Part shown: one piece after another, positions 30,211 to 42,435 of the stretch
Layout of the letters: every line of letters starts with the position of its first letter
How positions within the stretch are numbered: the stretch's first letter is position 1
Source: Macrostomum lignano
Lineage: Eukaryota
Direction of reading: 5' to 3'
NCBI GenBank assembly: GCA_002269645.1
Contig: NIVC01002209.1
Location: forward strand, 62,001 to 126,000
DNA: 64,000 nt
Translations under genes and position numbers: made by a program
The notes under the pieces: generated by a model
What the model was told of the DNA's origin: nothing
Databases searched by the model: none
What the model saw: only the letters and a program-made list of their open reading frames with translations

Positions 30211-33200
30211 ACCAGGCTAGCCTCTTCGTTGATTCGTTGATAAAGCTTTAATAGCTTGACCACTTGTCGCTTCAGTGCGTGATCAGGCACTGCAGAAGTA
30301 GCGTCAGTGCAGGTGTTCCAAATGTTGGTCAATCTGATCATTCCAGTAGGATAGCAATTTGCATTGTGCTCTTTGACTAGCTTCTCGCCCTTCGCAGTAA
30401 GTTTGTTAAGAGACCTGTTTAGCACTTTGTTGAGCTTTTGGCCAGCTGCAGTAGCTGCTTGTCGAATAGAAACGCACGTTCACATGCTAGCTGCTGCAGC
30501 TTACTGAGAACAGCTTCTTTAGGCATTCTCCTCGTTAGTCCACAAGTGTCATTATCAGCGGAATGCAGCAGCTCCTGCTCCCAAACGCGACAATTGCCGA
30601 CAAAGGATTCAATATCACCTGGTGAAAGTAAAGTAAATAAAGTAGATGCCTACACTAGCCATTATTATCCAGCGTGTGGACATATTTAGTGCTTCAGCTT
30701 ACATTTTTCTTTGGATACGGGACAAAAACAAAAACGAATGCATTTAAACATTTACGACGCAATTAAATATTAAATATTAAATATTAAAAAATAATATATT
30801 AAATATTAAATAATGCCTTTTTAATTAAAGTAGCTTATCCATAATCATTGCTCACCATTCCCTCCAATGTTTACAATAGCTGACGTAGTAACTCAGTTTT
30901 CTTAATGTAGAACAGCCCTACTAGGCCATTGCAAACATGCAACATATCATCTAGTCCATTCTTTTGGCAGAATGATTGAACTTCAATTGAAAACGCTTCA
31001 GGCTTTGCTCCTCTACCTTGGTTTGTTGAAAAAGCCAGACACCTATAAACAAATTTAGGAAGAAGTTAAAAAGTTATGATGAAAAAAATGATGAAAATGA
31101 ACATACGCGAACAAATTCATGCATTAAATGAAGGCAGGCAGCTGAAAGAGGCTAACTGGTAAGAAAAGCCTTAGTAATTAAAAACTTTGTCCCTATAAAG
31201 AGATTACGATATAGTTTAGGAAAATGCTGCAAAGTATATGCTTATACTTCATAGAATTTCGGACAACTCACTAATAGTATTAATGACGTTTAGATTGACG
31301 GAGCTCACCCAATAGTTAAGGAATTCGCGCCTGTTGACATGAGTCATTTCCTTCAACTGTGGCCCAAAGCGCCGTGACATAGACCAAAGCCATTCACAGC
31401 TTTTGCCATCAGTCAAGCCTACTCCGGATTGGTGTCAAATGCCAAACTTAGTTTGGCAGGCCTCTTTGTGGCCATATGAGTGAAAAGCTAGAATGGCAAA
31501 GCTGACTTTGGCATCACTGAAGTGACCAGCAAGCTTGCAACCGATGTCATAAGAGACAACAAGCTTCTGGTCTTCTAGATTATCGTCCAGAAGCTTAGAA
31601 ACCATGGCTTTAGAGTAGGCAAGCCTGAGAAACAATGAAAAACCAATGCGCACTTTATATTAGTAGTATATACAGAATTTACATGAAATTATTTAAAAAG
31701 AACCTTTTCTAGTAAGAAAAAGGTTTTCCAGAATGAAAGGAGAAATAAAAGTAGATGGACATGTCTTTATAGAAGTATGTGTTGCAATCCTACCTTTCTC
31801 CTTTTGTCACGAGGTCGGAAAGATAAGAAACAGCAGAGTGCCGGCAGGATCCACAGAATAAGCCGAAAATGTCAAGCTTACTTTCGTCAGATGCAGTCGT
31901 AAGGTCTTTTCCACAACATCCAGCAGTCCAATTGGGACAATAGGACTTGCTAGGGACTTCTGACATTTGAAAGTCCACATTGACAAAATAGCCAGTGGAT
32001 GGTGGAAGCACAGCTTTTCTAGCAAGCCTTCGGTGTCTAAAACCGAAGCAGGCATCCAGCATCTAAAAAACAGGAATGGTTGGATTTCTACTGACAGAGA
32101 AGCAGCGCAGGACATCTTCAACTTCAGTAGATGTAGCGGCATAATTAGCGTCGTCACCTAAGCCGCTGCTGTTCGTTTGTGTCTCCTGTATAGAAAGGGC
32201 AGGGCACAACCCTTAACAGTATGTTTTGTAACTGGTTTAAATATAATTATGAAATTAATTATTATATTTTTCATTATAAAAATATAAGTATGCAGAAAAT
32301 ATAATTGACGAGTAAGATAAAATAATAAAACCTTTATGATGAAGCACGATGGGCATGTTGCTTTAGGGCCCCAGCGAATATACATCAAAAGCCATCAAAA
32401 TGCTCGAAAGCTGCTGGATATGTTTAATGCACGGAATATGTTGACCTAAAATAGACAATTGTTAGATCACATTTTCTGATTAAGAATAGTCTTTCAAAGT
32501 TTTCGAAAGTATTTCAAACTACAACTGGCAAAATAAGTAAAAAATAGTTAATAAAGAAGCCAGGCACACATAAAACTACAATTTATTGTACCTATATACC
32601 TACTGAGAGCAGGTTGTTAGCTAACTTATCTGATTAATTGTTTAAGAAAAAAATTATACTATGATTTGGGAAACCTATAATTATTAGATATAATAAAAAA
32701 TTGTTCTTGCTTAAATTTTTTTACTGTGCTGCCTACCTGAATTGGTGGACGTAGCCATAGAGAATTCTAGCTATTACTCCAGGCTTCACATAGTGATGAC
32801 AGTGACACGGAACAACGTGATGAAATGCTGTCCAGTGTCAGAAGCAGGTTAAAATGGATAGCAACGATTCTGGTAACATTAGTAAAAGGCTGCGTCGGCC
32901 AGAATCCATGCAATAAGAGGTTGGCGAAAATATTGGTACAGGTGCACTCCTTGACAGAAAACAAAATCTCATCTCCTGGTTTGAAAGTGAGAATATACTT
33001 AAAGTAATTTTACATTACAATTTCATATTAATAAGACACCCAACATCTTTTTCTATTGAAATATTCTTCAAAGAACAGATGGCAGCAGATCCACGAAGAC
33101 TACCATATTTAATTGTTTCAATATGAATTCTATTAATTTGGTTTCACTATGCAGACATTTAAGACATGAGACAGGGCCTAATTATCAAAAAATTCTCTTG

Positions 33201-34290
33201 AGAATGCTTGAAGTAATTTAAGAATAGCAGATAAAATTTGACAAATACAGTGAATACAAATAGTACATGGTAGATTAAAACTTAACACACCTCTATTTAG
33301 TGCTGTAACGGACCTGGAAGTGACAGTCTCGCAGCTACAAACACTGCGTCTGATAATGTGAACCACAGTTTTAACTGTCTCGTAGAATGAGCCCTGAAAG
33401 GACACATAACATCACTTTTATGTTAAAAAACTTTACTATCATATTTTACAGATATACATGGAGATGTTTAGAGATTTGTTAATAAGAGGCTAGGTAAGTA
33501 GATAAATAAATAAATGAACTTCGCGTCTTAAAATCGAAAATTTTTTTGAGACAATGCGTTAATATTACACGCTGACTGAGTGCGGCAACGACCTAGAAAC
33601 AAGCGCGGGGTCTCAGGGGGTAGCTGAGTCACTGAAAGATCAGGGGTGCGCACATTCATGTCTACGGTCTTTCCTGCACTCAGTCAGCGTGTGAATATTT
33701 CATTGTTCTTTGGCCATAGACAATGTGCAGTAATGCCCCATTATCAGCAGTGCTGATTCAGCATGCTAATAGAAATTTTCATTAATGCATGTCTATGGCA
33801 TGGAACAATGATAACTGTTTTTGAACTCACGGTCCATTTGTAGACGACATGTGGTGGATTATGTGAGTGAGCAGAAGTAAGGCACATTTCGCATACGTTG
33901 AGCAAGTGGCAGGCTTTGCAGCGAAAAGTTTCTCCTACTTCCCTGCATGCGCAACATGCAAGAGAAAGACAAGAGTAATAAGAGGCCAATCTAGTCTCAA
34001 GTTGGCTTGCTAAGCTGGACCAGGCTTCTTCCTCTTTTTCTCGATGGATATCATATCTGCTGGCAGTGCTGGGATCTGATGGATCCAATGCATGGTCAGT
34101 AGAGAAGAGATCAATACTTTCAATATTTGGGACCGACTCAGTCATAGTAGTGTCACTAACAATGACACTATGCTGATTGACATGCCTGAAAGCCGGACGC
34201 ATGCCAACTGTACCTTTTAGAAGTTTCATAGCTTCCTTTGCCATCGTAAGGATGATATTAATAAGCAATTTTAACCAAACAAACATATTA
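30205..34290 (-). pseudogene. Spliced, decayed KDZ (Kyakuja-Dileera-Zisupton) transposase with CxC cysteine-cluster domain
   Basis: Collinear minus-strand motifs: CCAC..FRCKAC...C..C..AH..NPPH; CTCTNIFANLLLHGFWPTQP; LDACFGF; LDIFGLFCGSCRH...KGER; YDIGCKL; FHSYGHKEACQ; GVGLTDGKSCEWLWS; then a helical C-terminus. There is an in-frame TGA at 31435-31437. No termini were found. Confidence 0.82.
33566..33693. mobile_element. 128-bp MITE inside a KDZ intron
   Basis: 17-bp perfect TIR ACACGCTGACTGAGTGC (33567-33583/33676-33692) with flanking AATAT duplication. Confidence 0.7.
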
Positions 34291-34766
34291 CCTACCTAGA
34301 CAATTCCTGAGCAGCAGTAGAACTCAGTCGAATATGCGTGATTCGCCTTCTTGGTCAATGAACCTCAATTTTTTCTTAAATTGAAATTTCTTAGGCATGT
34401 TTTTTAATGAATTCGATCTGAAATTAAAAATTTCAATTTATACTTACTTTTATTGCTCTTAAACAATCATTTTAGGCTGATGACAACCTATGCTATTGCA
34501 TATGATTAACAAATGCTAGAAATCACAATATATAAAAGCTAATACTATGACAGAAGCCTAATAAGTTAGTGGTACAACAATGGAATGAATTGTTGGTGCC
34601 TTTTAAAACTCTAAGAGCAAATATATGTGAGAAATTAATTCATAGGAAATCTAGCCCAGGGTATTTATACTTTACCACTCTTTTGTGCCTGTATGCTATT
34701 TGTTAGCCATATAAAATACAAATCAAACTGTATATACTCATAGTTCATAGAGAAACATTCTAAATA

Positions 34767-34963
34767 AGAGGCAAGCACATGGTTCAGAACACCCTTAGAT
34801 AGACACTCACCCCTCTACCACCAAGTTGGATGTTCATGGTGGGCTTTAGCTGTTTAATGTACAACGCCTCAAGAGTAGAGACATCGAGAAAGTTTAAAGT
34901 TTTGTTACTGATCTCAGCAGTGAAGTCCATCTAAGGGTGTTCTGACCCCATGCGCTTGCCTCT
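34767..34963. mobile_element. ~200-bp MITE with TA TSD
   Basis: ~34-bp TIR AGAGGCAAGCrCATGG..CAGAACACCCTTAGAT flanked by TA on both sides. Confidence 0.75.
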
Positions 34964-35060
34964 TATCTAGGGCCATCTAACTTAGTTACCCATACTTATA
35001 ATCTTTTTGGCCTACTAGACTTTAAATAATTTACCATCTCTCTGAAAATATATTATTGCC

Positions 35061-35100
35061 TTGCCTGAAGATGCCAATTGTTCGGCGAAACATGTCGCGT
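35061..35100 (+). ncRNA. Minimal type I hammerhead ribozyme motif (Penelope-like element type)
   Basis: CTGAAGA-T-GCC-loop-GGC-GAAA-C-AT-GT-C: conserved core, 3-bp stem II, palindromic ACATGT stem III and a GUC site ending at 35096. Stem I is weak. Confidence 0.6.
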
Positions 35101-37017
35101 GAAGATTGATTAATAAATTGTAATTTCGTAATTTTGTATTATCAAAGATAAAATGCAAATGTTCGCCTTTGCTTTCATTTTCCTGACTTTCCTTAAATTT
35201 AAAACTAGGGCCTACTGACTGCTGTTAAGATGTTATTATCATGACAAAAGTATTGTAGTAAGATTCTATTTTGTACTATATATAATTTTGGTAACTACAA
35301 GTCAATAGTTCAAAGGAATATAATAACCTATTATTATTACCACACTCTAGATAACTAGTAGCCTTTTTCACAAAGTCTATTCCAGAATTGGAATAAAATC
35401 CAATTCCAGAACCAGATTCGCTAAGAAAATGAAAAGCATCAAGTAAATTTTATTTTTAGTCAAAAATTACTTTAAACATTAAAAAAATTTTTCCAAGTTA
35501 CTTATTTTTTTACCTTTGAAGTTATATTTGAAGTTAAATTGACTTTAAATATTTTTCATTGTTTCCATAGAAATATGTAAACGAATTGAGAAATTTTGTC
35601 AAACCAAATTCTAGAACCAAAGTAAGGTTCTGGAACCGATTCTGAAAACGGAATTGGCAAAATGAAAAGTATTGAACCAGTTCTAAAAATGGAATCAGGA
35701 ATATGAAAAGCCTCTAGATCATGTAAAAGCACATTCAGAAATTCAGAAAATAGAATTTCTGAATCCAAAATACTTGGATTTCTAAAATAGTGAGACCTTT
35801 TGGATTTCAATTGAATATTTGGATCTATCATTAATGCTAATGTGGCAAAGAAGTCTACCCTATGAGTTATCTATGGCCCAAAGGGATGGTGGCCTGCAGC
35901 CTGATAGTTACTGAGTGGGAAGAATAGCAAAAAACATTTTTACTGTCGTAGGGGTTACTTCTGTCTCTAATAATAATTTCACACTGTCACCAAAAGCTAT
36001 CACAGGGCTAATTTACTAATCTCTCAAGTGTTCTTCTTAGGTTGGTAGTTGCCACCAAGATTATTCAATTAATAAATTTTTATCAATATTAGAATAATCT
36101 GAGAAATGTTTCTTAGAATAGGTCTGAGTATAAGTCTTTAAGTATCAGTCTTAGTATAAGTCTAAGGATAAGTCTAGGTATATGTCTAAGGATTAGTCTA
36201 AGTATCTACTTCTATTGGTAGCGTTCTTAGTATATGTATTGGTAGCGTTCTTAGTATATGCCGAGTGGTCTACTATTGGCCTGGAATGTATTTCTCAGAA
36301 TGATCTTCCTTGTAACCCTTTTGTAGTTAATTAAGTATCTGATCGTCTAGTCCAGTCCTTTAGGCATTCCCGAGATTAGAGGGTCACGGCCTTCTCAATA
36401 CTGTATATGTATTCCCGAGATCTACTTTGTTTCACTTCAATCTCCTTGGTATTCTGAGTATCAGTAGTATCTGTGATATGATTAACTTCCACTTCACTCT
36501 TTGAATCAAAAAATTTACTAAGTCTTGAAAAGATTTCTAAGTAACAGTTTAAGGCTCAACAAGTAGCGAGACTTGAGACTAATTTAGGAACAGGCAATCA
36601 GCCAGTTGGTGGCTCTCTGGCCAGATCCCGTCTATTTATACTATTTTAAGACTTGATCAATATTAATTTTGATATATGCAGTATTAAAACAAATAGGGCT
36701 AAAATTAGTTTTCAGTTTAAAAATACATACAAATTTTACATGAATATTATTATTAAACGTTAGAAGATTAAAGCAAATAATATGTGAATACTATTCTTGA
36801 GTGATTAAACTCAAAATTATTATTGACAAAATTTATTTACAAAAACTATTATTATTACTATTAGTAGCATTAAGCGCTTGCATATTACTAAAACTATTTT
36901 TTCTAAGGCAATAAGTATTCTTATATTTATAAGCATATTTTATTACTGCGACCAAAAATTCGGTTGGATAGTGCCACCAAATGAAGTATTGAATGATCAA
37001 ACTCCTAATTTTCCAAA

Positions 37018-37435
37018 TAATTTCTGTCCTTTTCCAATGGTACCGTGGGAATAATTTTCTGCTTTTCCGCATGGCACACTGACAAGATAGCTGCCATATC
37101 TTCTACATATATATGCTGTATATGAATAGTTTATAGCTTTTTAAAAGGGAATTTGAATTGAGGATACTAAGATGCTGTTGATCTGGATCAATACCATGAC
37201 TAGCATTTTTTGCATAAAAAAGTTATTTAATCTTTACTTCAATTAAACAAATTGTCAAGCAAAGTTATATTGTTATACTGCACTTAAACCGTAAGTACTA
37301 AACTAAATTATTTCCACGGCATATGTAGAAGATGGGGCAGCTATCTCGTCAGTGTGCCATGTGGATAAGCAGAAAATTATTCCCACAGTACCATTGGAAT
37401 AAGACAGAAATTATTCCTACAATACCGTGGGAATA
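37018..37435. mobile_element. Two opposed copies of a short MITE-like repeat
   Basis: 37018-37110 is the ~90% identical reverse complement of 37320-37412. The right copy has its own short TIR (TTATTTCCACGG/CCGTGGGAATAA, 37308-37435). Confidence 0.7.
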
Positions 37436-39585
37436 AGCACTGCCTATTAGGCAATTAGTTTAGCTAAATTCAAAAGAAAAATAATGTTGCAAATGAAGCT
37501 ACACTAGTACCATTATTTAATGGTACTAATTAATATCAATTAATTATTTCATTTTATCATTTATGCCTGTGCCACTGCCAGACTTATACCAAGCGTAGGT
37601 TAGGCTATTCTAAGTATAATGGACTATGGGAGGTAGCATGGACAGTTATCTTGTATATGATATTTTGTTTTAAAAAATATGAAAAATTTTTGTTATAAAT
37701 AGAAACCAGCTATAAGACAAAGCCAAATAAAGTATGTCTTTTCTGTTTTGATTTAGTCTTAGCAATATTTAAGTGGTCTCCAAATTATTTAACATTGGAA
37801 ACAAAACTGATAATCAGCTTTAAGGCTAAGTATTTGCTCTCATGTTAGCCTACTTATTTTGAGTAGTAGATAGTGACATAGGAATACGAGTAGCCCCAAG
37901 GTTGGGAGAATTTTAGTGTTCCACTGTAAGGAGGGTCCATGTACCATAGCTATCTATAGCTATAAGCAAAACTATGGCTTATTCCAATTCTCCATATTCC
38001 ATAGCCAAAGAGACTCCAATATTACTATATTCCCATAGTAGCCATAGCCATAATTTTCACAAAGTCTAGGAAACAAAATATTTTGAACCAGAAAGATAAC
38101 CTAGTAGTTAAACAATTGCAAATTAAGATAGAAAACAAAGAAAACACTTGATTGCCTTTGTAAGATTATATTTCATATTTTTACAAAGAGTAACAATACT
38201 TAATCACTACTGAAAGTATTACTGCTAAACTTTTTCACATTATTAAAAGTTAGTGTTTGCTAATATTTTACTCGTATTGTACTTGATTAGGTATGAGCTA
38301 TAAGTTAAGTTTCTAAGTCTATATATAATTTATAGTTTACCAAAGTATCTTTTTTTACTTAACCTGTTTCTAATATTTTTTTAAATTAATAACTATGGCT
38401 ACAGGAATCTACAGAATATGATAGCAACTACCATATTTCCATAGTTGTAGCTGTAAGAGCAGCTATCTACTGTAGGCATATCTGTAGTTGTTGTAGGCAC
38501 CTATTTTACCATATTTGCCATAGGATCCCATAGCCATAGCCATAACTATGGCAAAATACTATCTAGAGAATTTTCTCCATTCTTAGAGAACAAGACCACC
38601 CAAGAATATCCACCCAAGGATAAGACCTCTAGACCTAGGGCAATAATCTACCACTGTTAGATGTAACCCTCTGATCTCTCCAGTAATGAAGTGAGAGAAT
38701 AAAACATAGTTTTAAGCCATAATACATAGGATAAGATAAAGTACAAGTGCCATAAGACCACTTAGGCCAAAAGTACATATATGCTACCAAATTTATATAA
38801 TATGCTACTAGTAAGCTAATAATAGTAAGATTTTAAAGAGGGAGAACAAAAAGCACTATAATAGCTTGATGGCATTAGTGAACTTTCATTAAATAGAAAA
38901 AATACCCCTGTTACAATTTATAAGTACAAGACATATCAAAACATTAAAAACCAAAAGTTGTTGCATTATTGCAACACAAATTATAGAATTTAAATTCTAT
39001 GTTTTATCAAATACAATTAAGTTACATGGGACTTGTTGTAATGGCACTCCAAAAAAACATGTGTAGTTGTTTTTATGCCAGGCATTTATGCAAAAGCTAA
39101 TATTTCTCTAGACTTATGCTGGATATTTCTGGTAGCTTGTATATAATGAAACAGACTATGGATATGCTTATACTTCTAATTTTATTAGTTGTCAGTTATC
39201 AATTTTTATAGTTCCACTATAGCTATAGTTATGGCTATTGGATTATTGGAAGTTATAAATACAGAGATGTTTTTAAAGAATACAGGTATGGTAATATATA
39301 TTTCTAATATCTATTTCCCATAGGCCTATCTAGTAATACCACTCGAATGAGACTTGAAAGACCATTGGAGCTATTGGTTTGATAGGATAAGGATGAATGA
39401 GTATTCAGAGTGTCAAAATGAGGAGAGATCCTCTTCCTTCTACCCTCCACTCCTCTTTAATCTCCTCTCTAACCTGACTGGTATCTAAAGAGACACTTAA
39501 TGGATGTCAAATCGATTTGCAAATAAATGTATCGAAGCGTCTGTCAGAAAGATTGTTCACAATAATTTACACTAAAAAACAATTC

Positions 39586-40434
39586 ATGAATTCGATTTCA
39601 AAATCGACTCGCTCTAGTCGAAGCCGATCGACTTTACGCAACAGCCATGGATTTGTCAGCTTAATTGATTCCGATTCAGCTGACGAAGTAGATCCTTCGA
39701 CACTTGAGCCGCAGCAAAGAATTGTCACGGTGCGTCCGAAGGCAGAAATTATTGATTTAACAGCAGCAACTGCAGTGCCCGAAGGTTCAGACGATTGCAT
39801 TGTTATTAGTGACAGTGAAAGCGACAATGAACTTGCCAATAATGCTGATGATGGTGAGGAAGCTGCTAGGAGAACAGCAGATTCCCTAGTTTGGATCGAT
39901 CTGGACGCTAACGAACTTGAAAGCGACACAGATGACGATGACGACCTCATTGTAGTAGCGGCGACTCCGCCCGCGACTCGACAGATGAAACCGACATTGC
40001 CAGCCAAACGGAAACTGTTGTATTGCCAGATTTGTAAATCGAACTTTTCGGATCCAATTCGAACTCATCAAGCATCGATTGCTCATCAGCTGGCTCTGAT
40101 GCCTGATGAGGCAGCCGCTCCAGCCTCCGGTTCAGCAGCTGACAGAAAATTGTGCGTAGCCTCTGGTCCAGCTTATCGGATGATGCTTAAACAGGGCTGG
40201 ACACCCGGCAGCGGACTGGGTCGACATGGCCAGGGCCGTTCTCAGCCCATAGCAACCGTTGTCAAGCGGGACCGACTCGGTCTGGGCATGGCCGCTCCGA
40301 AAAAGCAGAAAAAGCAGATTCCGCAAAGCAACAATAGTTCTGCCGCCGAGCCTACAGGCTCCGGTTGCAAAGCTAATTTTGAGCGAGATTTTCGACGATA
40401 TATGAACGACCCAGATTCCACTGCCTGGTTCTAA
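39586..40434 (+). CDS. Intronless G-patch plus U1-type zinc-finger protein (GPANK1 C-terminus-like) with acidic SIM-rich N-terminus
   Basis: 282 aa from ATG 39586. Contains YCQICKSNFSDPIRTHQASIAHQL and the G-patch GPAYRMMLKQGWTPGSGLGRHGQGRSQPIATVVKRDRLGLG. Confidence 0.85.
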   Translation: MNSISKSTRSSRSRSTLRNSHGFVSLIDSDSADEVDPSTLEPQQRIVTVRPKAEIIDLTAATAVPEGSDDCIVISDSESDNELANNADDGEEAARRTADSLVWIDLDANELESDTDDDDDLIVVAATPPATRQMKPTLPAKRKLLYCQICKSNFSDPIRTHQASIAHQLALMPDEAAAPASGSAADRKLCVASGPAYRMMLKQGWTPGSGLGRHGQGRSQPIATVVKRDRLGLGMAAPKKQKKQIPQSNNSSAAEPTGSGCKANFERDFRRYMNDPDSTAWF

Positions 40435-40784
40435 TAATACAATGGTTAAACTACACTAGTCGTTCATTTTTTGCTTGTTATAATGTTATTGTATCTCAAT
40501 TTTGTGCTACAATCCTTGTTACAATTGTTTATATGCTGGTTTAATATGTTTCAGTGTAACAAGAATATAAGACAAGAAAATCGTTTTTTATAGTTATTAA
40601 TCAGAATCTTTTATTAACTTTCTACACAATCTACTTGTTAGTAGTTTTGCATGGATTGTTTATTTAATTTTCTTAATAATCATTTTTCGATACATATCGG
40701 TATAGGCTTATATTAATTTGTTTTCACAGTAGCGACAGTACAAGTAGGAAAGATTGGGAAACTTCTGTACGGGTCTTCCCGTTG

Positions 40785-42082
40785 CTATGACGACACTCCG
40801 CAATCTGCAATAGCCAGCAGTTTTGTGGGTCTTCCCGACGGGGTGCCCAGGTCTTCGGCTCGTTGCAGCACGTCCCAACCGGATGTTAGCTCGCCAAATA
40901 CCACGTGACGACCGTCCATCCACGGACAGGGGGCCAGCGTGATCAAAAACTGGGAGCTGTTCGTGTCGGGGCCTGAAGTTGGGGCAGATCGATCGCTTTC
41001 GTTTCAGTGCTTCACGTCTCTTCTCACCCCTGTGCCTCCTATCTCGCTTCTGTGTCTCCCATCTCATCTCTTCCTTGTGTCTCCCATCTCATCTTTCCCT
41101 GTGTCTCATCTCATCTCTTCCCCGTGTCTCCCATCTCATCTCTTCCCTGTTTCTCTCATCTAATCTCTTCCTTGCGTCTCTCATCTAATCTCTTCCCTGT
41201 GTCTCTCATCTAATCTCTTCCCTGTGTGTCCCATCTCATATCTTCCCCCTGTCTCCCATCTCATCTCTTCCCTGTGTCTCTCATCTCATTTCTTCCCAGC
41301 GTCTCTCATCTTCCCTGTGTCTCCTATCTAATCTCTTCCGTGTCTCTTATCTTATATCTTCTCCCTGTCTCCCATCTCATCTCTTCCCTGTGTCTCTTAT
41401 CTCATCTTCACCCTGTCTCCCATCTCATCTCTTCCCTGCGTCTCATCTTATCTCTTCCCTGCGTCTCTCATCTCATCTCTTCCCTGTGTCTCTCATCTCA
41501 TCTCTTCCCTGTGTCTCTTATCTTGCCCCGTGTCTCCTATATTTTCTTACCCCCGTGTCTCCCATCTTATCTCACCCTGTGTCTCCCATCTCATCCCACC
41601 CCTATGTCTCCCATCTCACCTCACCTGTCTCCTCTCTTTTCAACCCCGTCTCCAATCTCATCTCACACCAGTGTCTCTCATCTCTTTTCATCCCTGTGAC
41701 TCCCCTGTCTCTCCCTCTCTTCTCACTCTTGTGTCTCCCATCTCATCCCACAATGCTCACCGGAGTTGGCCATGCTCAAAAGGCCTCTCCTATCGTGCCT
41801 GCCAGTGAGATCCTCATCGGGGAAATACCTGCCATAGATAGACCAGCCGCCAGTGCCGTTGCCAGACTGGAAGTCGCCAGCTTGTATAGCAAAGCCGGGT
41901 ATGCACCGGTGGACCCGGCTGCCCCTGTAGCCCGAACAGCCGTTCTCGTGTCCAACGCAGAGGCTGGCAAAGTTCCGGCAAGTCAGGGGGACTTTCGTAG
42001 CGAATAGGCGGAATTCGAGTCGGCCGAGAGGCACTGAGTTGGCTTCGAGCCTCAGATAGCAGCTGGTTGTGCTGGACTGCAT
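40785..42082 (-). CDS. Cyclophilin-type peptidyl-prolyl isomerase, two exons (42082..41761, 40972..40785), 169 aa
   Basis: [35 protein letters not shown]|[21 protein letters not shown]. The GT-AG intron is phase 1 and in frame. Confidence 0.92.
41010..41750. repeat. Pyrimidine-rich degenerate minisatellite filling the cyclophilin intron
   Basis: Repeated TCTCATCTCTTCCCTGTG-like units. Confidence 0.9.
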
Positions 42083-42229
42083 TCTGTGTGGCTGAGGGTG
42101 CAGACAGTAGCAGTTTTTGTGCCTCAAAGCCTCAATGCTTCATCTAGAGCTCCAGGCGTTTGTTAGGCCTTTATAAATGTCTTTTAAAGGCCACACGGTT
42201 GTTTAGCGTTAAAACACAGTCTAGCTTCA

Positions 42230-42435
42230 CAAGACAGCGTATTTAGCATGCAACAACACAGTCTATTTAGCGCCTCAACACAGTCTATTTAGCGCAACAA
42301 CACAGTCTATTCAGCGCCTCAACACAGTCTATTTAGCGCCACAACAACAGTCTATTTAGCGCCTCAACAACACAGTCTATTCAGCGCCTCAACACAGTCT
42401 ATTTAGCGCAACAACACAGTCTATTTAGCGCCACA
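42230..42435. repeat. Short tandem repeat (AACACAGTCTATTyAGCGC..)n
   Basis: About 9 units of 21-27 bp. Confidence 0.85.

Noticed and set aside
35360-35800. MITE starting GCCTTTTTCACAAAGTCTATTCCAGAA
   Set aside because: The right end is too degraded to define a TIR or TSD.
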